Source: Eledone cirrhosa
Lineage: Eukaryota
DNA: 64,000 nt
Direction: 5' to 3'
Assembly (NCBI GenBank): GCA_964016885.1
Contig: OZ024740.1
Location: forward strand, 364,002,001-364,066,000
In this document: one piece after another, positions 50,601 through 62,054 of the stretch
Layout: each line of letters begins with the position of its first letter
Numbering within the stretch: the first letter of the stretch is position 1
Notes under the pieces: model-generated
What the model saw: only the letters and a program-made list of their open reading frames with translations
Databases searched by the model: none
Told to the model about the DNA's origin: nothing
Position numbers and translations under genes: made by a program

Positions 50601-53600
50601 AAGGGCATCCAGCTGTAGAAAACACGCCAGACAGTCCTATGCGAGCAAGACAATCACTCTTGCCTCAAGTGGGAAAACCCCCGTCCAAACCCATGCAAGC
50701 GTGGAACACGGACGTTAAACGTTGATGATGATGATGATGATGATAATTAGTTCCTTCTTTTTTATTTTCTTCACCCACTTATGTCTGAGAGAGTCATGGT
50801 GGCAGAATCCTCAAGCACGCCTTCCAGTGGGTCCTGTCAGAAGCAACCATCTCCAATTGATCCAGCTGGATCCCCAAGTGAAACCAGCTGAACTCATGGA
50901 TGCTATCCAACCATCTTACTCAGAGTCTACCCCTGGGTTTCTTGCTGGCTAGTTTTGCCCATCAAATCTGTCCAGCAATTCTTTCCTAAGACATTCTTAT
51001 ATGCCTGTAATATTGAAGCTGTGATCTCTCTATTCTGAGCAGTAGTGGCTCTACCTGGAGTGACTCTGTGATCTCTGAGCTACACATTCTGTTACTCCAA
51101 AGACCCTTCAGAGGAACCTTATTTGGGCTTGTATTTGTGATTGTATTCTTTTGGTCATTACCCAAGATTCACAACCATAGTTAATGGTTGACACAAATAC
51201 TGAATTTAAGAGAGTGAGTTTGGCTTTTAGACCTACCTCCCTTTTTTTGATTATTGAATGCTGAAGCTGGCACATTACTGCACCAGGTCCTGCAATTCAT
51301 GCACTTAATTCAGCCTCCTGCCTTTCATCAATCATAAATATGCTCTCAAAATACTTGAACTTTTCTACATGCTTCAGTGGAACTCCACTCGCATGTAGAG
51401 TGCACTGCACAGGCTTCACAGCTAATTTTTTCTCTAGCTCTTTTTCCCCTCTCTTTTTCTCTCAGAAATTTAGACCATAAATATATTGTATTCACTATTT
51501 TAACCTTTGTCAATATCTGTGCTAACCCCTCCAAAAAATAAATGCATGCAATTTTCTTGTTTTTCTCTAGTGACAGCCAACATGTTTGTGTGCAAATCTG
51601 GGTTAAAAATACCAAGCAAGAAAGAATGTGACTTTATTTTTGACTGCCCTGATGGTGATGATGAAGTTAATTGTGGTAAGAAATATTTTTCACTTTGTTG
51701 TACATTTTGACTGTTTTAATCACATAAATTCACACGCTGGATTATTTGATAGCAAAATTTTACGATTTATATCAAACCTTTTGTGGCCACATTTCTGATA
51801 TCAAATCAGTGATTAGCTCCAGATTTATGGCATTTATCCCTATCTGTAATGATTTAGCAGAAAGTTTCTAAAAACGGGTTTGTTGATTTAAATGTTTACA
51901 TTATCTTTACTAGAGGATGGATATTTGGGAAACTTAGCAGTATTAGAGAAAAGACCTTAGTATTTAATGTAAGGCAGTCAAAGTGATGATTTTTGTACTT
52001 TTCAAGAAATCTTGTTAATGCAGTTTCATGTGGTATAGGGCTTTAAGAATTAAGTGGATGAGCAAGGAATCTCCTTTGGATAAAACTCTAGTTTATTCCA
52101 GATAAAACTCCAGTTGATTCCCTACTACTAAATAAATTGAGGCAATCTAGAATAAAAAGTTCTGAACAGAAACATGCTGAAATTGCTTGCAGTATATTTG
52201 AACTTGTGAACTATAAGCTGGTAGTTGAATACTTTATCCACATTTACCTCTATTTCTATGTCTAACCCATTCTGTCTCCCTTGGATCTTTTCTGACATCA
52301 AACTTTTGATATTTTTAAAAACATTTTATACGACAGAAATTTATTTGATAAGTAAAAAAAAAAATATGAGTTTATACTTTATTGAGAAATATTCCTTTAA
52401 GTCCTTATTCTACTTACACAGAATCATTATTTTATGTCTGCTTTCCAAGCTAGCCAGGTTTCTGTGGCATCGAGCCATAGAAATGCCAATCACTTTGCAG
52501 AGTGTTCTGGGTGCATTTTATCATGGTATCAACTCTACCACTTTACAGGGTGTATTAGATGCATTTTGTCGTGGTACCTGCAATACCATTTTGCAGTATG
52601 TACTGGGTGAATTTTATCGCGGTACCAGCACTATCACTTAGCAGTGTATGATGGGTGCATTTTATCATGGCATCAGCACAAAAGAGGTTGTAAAATCCTT
52701 GACAGAACCAAAGAGTCCCCTCTACCAATTTTGTTTCCAGACACATGGAGATATTTCAAAAAATTACTAACTAATTTTGTTCTAATGATGGAACAAATTT
52801 TATGAGGAAATATAAAATACTAACAAATTAAATACATTTCCATGTATAAAAGGTGTGTTGATGTAAAATAGTACAAATAAAATGTTTACATGAAAATATT
52901 TGTTATTGGTTGATCATGTTCCAATGAATGTGAGATGTTAATGTTCAAGCATGATATAGCTAAGATGAGTTGTGAGGAAAACTGGGTATACAAGGAATCA
53001 AATTTTGTGAGCAAGAGAGAAGACTGCACTGGTATAAACATGGTGCATATGGTTGTTGATTGCTGAATAATGAAATACCAATAGATCCGAGTGGAAGGAG
53101 GCTGCAGTAGAGGAAGACCAAGGAAGACCTTGGCAGAAATGCATAGATCTGATCTCAAAATACTAAATGTCACAGAGGAAATGAAGAAAAAGAAGGAGTG
53201 GAGAAAAGCTGTCCTGAAGAAGAACTGTCCAACCCATGGAAGCATGGAAAAGGGAACATAAAAGAATGATGGTGATGATGATGTTGATGTAATTACTTAG
53301 AAAAATAAGACATGGGTTTAAAATAAGATTGTTTTTTTAACAGGTTCCTGTACATTTGAAGATGATATGTGTACATGGAAGGATCAGAGTCATGGCTCAT
53401 TTGAATGGGATCGAGGTCGTAATGGAAATAATTTGACTGAAAGTGGACCAAGTACTGACCACACACTAGGATCTAATCAAGGTAGGTATCATCATAATTT
53501 CTGTATTATCATCTCTCATGTCAACAAATATTGAACACTGAAAACAAATTTCAAAAAAATCAGACTTCACTCACTTCCATCAGGTTGCTTCTGTGTTTCA

Positions 53601-56600
53601 TCTCATTCACTATAAACTTAAACATTTAAACATTTTCAGATGAACCAATGAAGAGCGGAGAAGGAGGGAATGAGGTAGTGGAGGAAAGAAAGAAGGGCAG
53701 TGACGGGGTGAGAGAAGAGGGGAGAGAGGAAGAAAAAAGAGAGGCAATGGTGGGAGAAAGAGTTAGTCAAGGGAAGGTTGAAAACTTATTACAGTATCAA
53801 AGATAATTCTTACAATTTTTGTTTTTTCAGATCGTTTTTCGAGAATCGCATTATCAATGCATCCTTTTTTATTAAAATAATAGGTTAGGATTTAAAGGAG
53901 ATTTGACTGTTAGTTTTAGCAGGTTGAAGTAATTTCAATAGCAATGCAGCTGTTAGAAGCAAACTGTCCAAAACCATGGCCAAGAGCCTGATGAAGAAAA
54001 GTGGTGCTGGAACTGTTAAGGAACATAGGACACTAGTGATGTAATTAGATATGTAGAACATTTGTTTTTGTACTCAACACAAGATAGGTTATTTTAATTA
54101 CTGCTATTAACCTTTAGCATACTGAAATTTTTTATGAATTGCTTGAGATTACTCTATTGATGACATTACGTGCCTAGAGCACGCTAAAGGTTATAATACC
54201 TGTAATAAATATTATAATACCTCTAATAAATATTAACACTAACTAATGATTTAATATAATACTTGTAATAAATACTAACACTAACTAATACTTGTAATAA
54301 ATACTAACAGTTACTAATGATTTGATATGATAATTAAATTCAAGTAGTGATTGTTTTAGTGTCATATTTTGATCTTGTTATTGATATTTTTTTTCCAATT
54401 TTTTCTATTTAGTTATTTTTACTCCTGTTTTTTTCTTGTAGGATGGTTTGCATATATTCATTCTAGCAATAGGACCAGTACAGTTTATGCAAACCTAGAA
54501 AACAGACCAATCCAGCAAACGAGTTCCACATGTGAATTGAATTTCTGGTACCATATTTCATCAAGAAGTATGTAGCTTTACCTGAATAGGGACTATCTAT
54601 CTTATAGCCTTTCAAATGCATTTCCATATATACTCAAGTATAAGCTGTTGTATAAGCTAATCAACACATTATGTTTAGATGGCACAAATTTGAAATTCAC
54701 ATGAGTGGAGAATAGATTTATGAAGTTTTAATGTTTTGATATTTTAAATGTTTTAAGTGTCCTTTAAAGCAGCAGTCACTAACCTGTGGTCTGAGAGAAC
54801 ATTTTGGTGGTCCACAGAAAAATGTGGACATTATTTGCAATTTTTGTTTTATTAATAATAAAACAAAAATATTTGGTTAAAATATATTTTATAACACCCC
54901 TAAAAAATGTTTCTCCTCAGTAAAGAACTAACATCCATGAAAGAATTTTACACATATGTATCATCTATCGACAATATGACACACGTATGCTTCAGTATTG
55001 TTTCGACCATTGACCTTTAATTCATTTTAGTGGTCCACAGGATTTAAAATTATGAATTTAGTGAGATCCAAAAGGTTGGAGACCGTTGGTTTAGAGTATA
55101 GTGTTTTTTTTTTCACATCATTATATAATGATTTTTTTTATCATTTCAATATATTTTATAAAGTTTCAACAAGTTTCTTGAATTTTTCTTAAATTCTAGC
55201 CACTGATAAAATGAAGCCAGTACACTCTGTAAAGTGTAAGGCTAATACCACAATAAAATGCACCCAGCACACTCTGTAAAGTGGTAGTGCTGGTACCCTG
55301 ATTAAATGAACCCAGCTGGTAGTGGTAGTGCCATGATAAAATGCACCCAATATATTCAATGAAGCAGTTGGTATTAGGAAGAGCATCCAACCATAGAAAC
55401 TATACCAAAATGAAATGTATGAGTGAGGTGCAGTCATCTGGCCTGTTTTTTCTTAGAATGTGATAAACTATCCAATCCATACAAGCATGGAATATAGACA
55501 TAAAATGGTGATGGTGATAAATATATATCTTTCACAATTTTCCCTTTTCTTTCAACAGGAATTTTTAACCAAATAAGATTAGAACTTCTGGAAGGTGACA
55601 GCTCTACAACAATATTCAGTGTAACAAAACAAACAAACAGATGGAAAAAGGCAACAGTTGCACTTGGAAAAATTTCCAGACCATTCTATGTAAATTTCAT
55701 CAATTTTTTTTGCTATTTTATTCTTTTACTGTTTCTAGTCATTAGATTGTGACCGTGCTGGGGCACTACCTTGAAGGGATTTAGCTAATCATATCAACCC
55801 CAGTTGGGTAACTATTTGATTAATCTCTTTTTATCAAATCATTTGGTTAATGAGACGCAGATGGACACTTTCACACACTCACATACACACACATATATAT
55901 ATGACTGGTTTTCTCATAGTTTCCATCTACAAAATTTCACTCCCAAGGCATTGATCACCCCGAAGTTATAGAAGACACTTGCCCAAGGTGGTACACAGTG
56001 GGACAGAACCTGAAACTATGTGTTGTAAAGCAAACTCCTTAACTACATAGCCATACCCTATAACTAATAAGTTAAAGATATTTCCATATAACATTAAACT
56101 AACTTGCCTTTAACCTTTTCTGATTGAACCTATTTTGATTAAACCTTTTTATACCAATCCACCTGAAACTAGCCATGGTTCTATGATATAAAACTACCTT
56201 TTGTAAAATAGTCATACTTATATTAAAACCTGCCATCATAACTATATATAATATTTTTTTTTAGTTTAGTTATATTCTAAACACCAACATAATGAATAAG
56301 AAAATTATTTTACTAAATTCCTACAAATTTGTTATTCCAAAATTAATTGAAACACTTTGGCAGTGTATTTCAATATGATGATGAAAGAGTCAACCTGCTG
56401 AGAACATCTTTGGTTTTAGGATAAAGAAGATCTCATTCTAAAATGTTCATGTTTAGATTTAGATGATAGATATAATCTGCTGTCTGGTTTAATACTGTCA
56501 CCTTCTGGTTAGGATATTGGACTCATGATCCTAAAATCATGGGTTCAATTTCTAGACTAGGCAGCACACTGTGTTCTTGAGCAAGACATTTCATTTCAAA

Positions 56601-59600
56601 CTGCTTTTCATGATAGAGCTGGAACCTCAATTATTAAAACACCAAAGAAACTCCTCTAAGTTTCAGCTTTGTAGACGACCAGCTAAACCTGCATATTTGT
56701 GAGCTGTAACTACATGATATAACTGGGGTCCCTATCATTGAAACACCTAAGAAGCTTTCTATGAAATGCAACCATGTAAGGGGCCAGCTAAACCTACATA
56801 TGTGGGAGCTGTAAATTTTATTACCTTTAAGAGAGTCGGCTCTGTTACAAGCATTTGGGCCAGTTGCCCAGTTTTATGGTGCCTTCCTCCCACCTTTCCA
56901 TTAGTTCCAGAGGCTCTAAAATAGGCCATGGACAATACCTCTCTTCCTGGCTTAGCAATAAAGTTTTCAAATACTCCTTTATTGTAATATTACATGAGAA
57001 CAGTGCAATATATCAAACTGGGGTATTTCATTTTCAGTTAACCTTTACACATCCATACAATATATCTGGAGTGCTCCATGTTTGATTGATTTTTACACAT
57101 CCATACAACCAGAGTCCTTTATTTAATTCTACATCATATTGTGTTCAACATTTCCAGCTGAGCCATATTAGACTATGGCTAGGCCCCTAAGTTTTCAGGT
57201 ATTATGAGCCTTTGCTGCCATTTCAATCTTTCACTGCAGCAGCAAAAGGAAAATATTAATGAGCCTTAATCTCTACAGCTTAGTTAGCCTTATGGATAAT
57301 ACAGCCTGTACCTTAGTTAGGCCTTGTAGTAACCATTATGCCACTCTTTTCTGTCCAGAATGTTGACCCTCTGGAACTCCTACCCAGTTCATGCTTTTCC
57401 AAAAGGCATAAATCTGTACTAGTTTAACCCTTTTGATACCAGCTCATCCAAGATCATTTCAGGTTTTATGATATAAACCAGCCATTTTAAAATACTCATA
57501 TTTAAATTGAAACGTCCTATCATAATTTTATCTGAGAATATTTTCATATTAAAACAAAGTTTATTGTGGTAAATCTCTCAAAAATATTTGATTATTTTCA
57601 AAATGAATTGGAAAATATAATTAGTTTACTTCAAAAGAAATATGGCTATGAAAGAGTTAAATGAAATATCAAAGACAACAATCTTTATGCTTTTGGATGA
57701 CCTGGGTAGACCATGGACACTGATGTTTTCTCTTCTAGGCCAATCCAGTTAGATAAAAAGAAAAAGATTATTCATAAAATGTTATTATGTAGCATTAATA
57801 TTTTTTATATCGAGCCACTTGAAACTGGCTGTGGTTGACAATACAAACCTGTTGGTTTTACAGTGTTTATATTTCTCTAAAAACTTTCCATCATAATTTT
57901 ATATATGAACTTTCATTATGTTCCAAACACCGACTTAATAGTGAGAAAGTTAGTTATATTACTAAATCTCTCCAAATTCTTGTTTATTTTCAAAATTATT
58001 TGAAAATCATAGATAGTATTTTTCATTATAAATATGGTAATGAAAGAGTTAATAGTGTGTTTTTCATTCTAATTTTTGCAGCTTCAATTTTATGGAACCC
58101 GTACCCTGTCGGAACTAGGTGATGTGGCCATTGATGACATTACTCTCAATGATTGTAATTTCCCAAGTAAGTTTCAGTTATATTTTTTCTAAGCCTATAT
58201 TTAACATTTGTAAAGTTATGTTGGTACCACAGAACATCCATACTGTAAAGTGGTTGTGTAGGAGTCATGGTAAAAAGGCTTCTAGTCCACACTGTAAATG
58301 TGATTGGTGATAGGAAGTGCATCCAGCTGTAGAAAACCTGCCAGAAACAGTTCTATATGAGCGAGACACGATCACCTGACCAATCTTGCCTCAAGTGGGA
58401 CAAACCCATCCAACCGATGCTCGTGTGGAAAATGGATGATAAACAATGATGATGATGATGATGATTGGCAAACAGTGGGCTGAGAGGACTCTTCAGTTGT
58501 GTTTAAGGGGCAACAAGCTCTCTAGTTTCTATGTCATGATAAAACTCACTCAGTACACTCTGTGAAACTTTTGGCATTAGGAAAGACATTCAGTCAGAGA
58601 ATATATGCCAAACAAAGAGTTTAGAAGATTCTTCAGTTATGTCAGGGACATATCAATCTCCTTAGTACCAGTGCCATGATAAAACATACCCAGTGCACTC
58701 TGTTAAGCACTGGAATGTATATAAGTAAGATGCAACCTCCCGCTTGTCTAAGAAGTCAGTAGCTCCATTTTGGTACTAGCTTGGTCTGTGATGACCCATC
58801 AGGCAGTGGATATATTGAATCATTTAATCCTTTCATTATCATTTTTTACGAAAGGTGTTATCTATGGTTTTCAAATATCTATGCAAATAAACAAGAATTT
58901 AAAGGAATTTTGTAATATAACTTCCTCACTATTAAGATGGTATTTGATGCATAATTTAAGGGTTCTTACATAAAATTAATGGAAGGCTTTTTAGATTCTA
59001 AGACTTTAATCAACTTAGAATCGCAGATCCTGGAGTTTGGTATCAAAGGTGTTAAAGCAACACATTATGTTAATATTTATTATGCATTTTCCTTATAATT
59101 AACTAATGAAGTTTTACAAAATTCATTATTAGTTTAATCATTTCATGCTCAGATGCACACTATCATACATGCATGTGCACTAGGTATATGACTTTTTTAC
59201 AACCCCATATGAGCATGCTATTTTCTAATGAGGTTTTTGTCATAAAGAAAGAATTACAGTAATTTTTTTGTAAATTTTGAAAAAAATTCTTGCACAAACT
59301 AAATTATATTTTTAACTTTTTGGTAATTAGCCAGTCCCATAAAATAAATACCTAAAACAATAAATTATGACAATAAAAAATTTATTTTAATTATTAGTTA
59401 AACAAAATTTAATCTCTAAGGTTCTACTACTTTTACAAAATGACAAAAGGTCCTGCACAACTTTTACAGCTCGCTCAGCGCAAATGTTCGAGCGTTGCGT
59501 CACAATTGGAGATTCTTCATTAGACCAAAATTTTCTGACGGTGTTTGCAGCCTTTTCACACTTGGCCTTAATTAGTTGGTCAATGAGTTTCTGCTTGCTG

Positions 59601-62006
59601 TCAGCTCTATCCAGTTGACTTGAGAACCACATTTTTCCCCACATTCCGCAGATGTATTCGGCACCAGCGCACAGCTTCGCTCGTTCATCAGGCATCAAAA
59701 TAAACCCAAGCAACAAATAAATTGCTCGGCTATTCCAACGAGCATTGTGCAAATTAGGTAATTTCTTAAAATTTATTTTAGGAAATGTACCGTTTTCAAA
59801 GAAATCTTGTACGGCTATCATGAGATGCTGAAGGAAATCCATTTCACTTCTCCAGCGCGTCGGGGTTTCATTAATTTCCGTCATTCCATTTGAAAAGTTC
59901 TGCTTCAGTTCGTCATAGTTCTTTAAAATGGCCTCAACAAAGTAATAATTAATATATGGCAAAGTTGTTTTGCTACTATATAGTTGATCAAAATAAACTT
60001 TCAAAGCACGGTCTAAAATGTGGTGCTGGCATCCAACATATAATGGCTTGCTGTAACCGCGACGCACGAACTCACTGTTGAGCATGGCAACAACTCCTGC
60101 CTTTTTGCCGGTATTGACACTAGTTGTGTCGGTGACTATCATCACGATAGATTCCCACAGTTCATATTTGTCAATAACTTTTTTCAATCCATTAAATATA
60201 GTAAGAGCCTTTCCATCGGTTAATGCCATCGGCCTCAGGCGTATTTCTTTATCATCATATTTTTATCACTACAACCACATATTCTACGTCTCTCATTCGT
60301 TTTCCATCAAAATGAAGGCTCCAATTTTCCCTTTTGAGTTCATTTTTTCACTTTTCCATGAGTTTCTCACCTCTCATAACTGCTTTGTGCACTGCCGACT
60401 GACTCGGGGTGCTCACCTTAATACTACCACTTTTAAATTCGTTGCAAACTGCTGCTGCTTTTCTACTAGGTAATTTAGTATTTCTTACTAGGTTAACAGC
60501 ATGAGCTGTGTTTTCTCTTTTTCGTTTTTTTTTTTCTGGTGAAGGTGAAGGTGAAGGTTTGTAATCGCTGGTATTTGTATTGGTGTCACTGTAACTTTCA
60601 TTTGAGTCCAGATGAATGTATGATCAGGATGGCTTATCATGATCTAGTTCTTGTTTTTTTGTTTTTAATTCTCTTAGAAGGATGGATTTTCTTTTCACTG
60701 TCTATTTTCATTGTAGTATACCCAACCTTTCCACAACTCTCAACTTGCTTTTCCCAAAATGACAAATCTTCGGCTGCTAACCATATCCCATATCTTTTTG
60801 TAATATCAAACAGATTATTGAAATTCGCAGAGCCAGGTCTTTTCACTTCTTTTTCCTTTTTTTAAATTATTTTTTCAATTTTTCGAGGTATTGAAAGTTT
60901 GTTGATAGGTGGAAAGCTGAACTTTTCCCATAAACTTTCACATTCTCCAGTAATTATCTTAATTCTTTTTTTGGTATTTTTCTCTTCAGCAGCAAGAGTG
61001 ATATATCTATCAATGATCTGTTGCTCAGTAGGTAGCTTGCATAATTCGATTAATGAACTTTGAATTTTCGTTTTCCTAGATTTCTTTCTCTTCTCAAAAT
61101 GACAAATATTTTATGCCCAAATCTTTTTACTTTCCTCTTTAGCAACTGGATTTTTATACATCTGAAATTTATAATATTAATATAATATAATTATAAATAT
61201 TAAAATATATTAATAAATATATCTCGCAAATTTTAATTTATTCTATTTATGTATTTTATGAATTTTATGAACAGATTAAACTGACAAATAAGTGATGAAC
61301 AAGCAATAAAGTTGATCCATTAAACAATTTGAATAAGAATACTATATTGCACACTATATTTTTATTACATATACACGTATATTGTATATGCAATTCTATA
61401 TTAGTTAATCAATGTTAAAGAATCTACCTTGTGCAAGAGTTTTTAAAAATTCTAATATTTTTTAACGTGCTCACAAGTATTTTCTAGTAAAAGTTCATCT
61501 GAAAATAGCATGCTTATTTATTTTTTTAACAAAAGTGTACTTTAGGAATATGCCTAATGTGCACACACACACAATTATGCAAAGTATATGCAATCATGGC
61601 CACATAATTAAAAAGTTTACTTCACAGTGACATGATTCTGAGTTCCCTCCCACTTATTGCTTCATTATTTTAAGCAACAGAGATTCAGCTTCATTAACTA
61701 ATGCATTAATAAGATACAGTTGAGGGAGTAGATACAACAGTTGTGATTATAGAGAGGAGAAGAGGTGTATTTGAATAGGAAAGGTTTCATCTATTTATTC
61801 AGGTTAGGTCAGCGGTGAAGTTTATGGTGCAAGTGTAGCTTATATTAATGGTGTTTTTATTAAAAATGTTATGATATCTATGGTCAACAGAGAACAGCTT
61901 ATTTATAAAGCTATAGAAAATTCCTTACTTCAATTATTTGAATAATCAGAAAAGTGAAACTCAGAATTTAAATTTAAAAGCTATGAACTTCTAATATGTA
62001 TGTATG

Positions 62007-62054
<48 letters not shown>

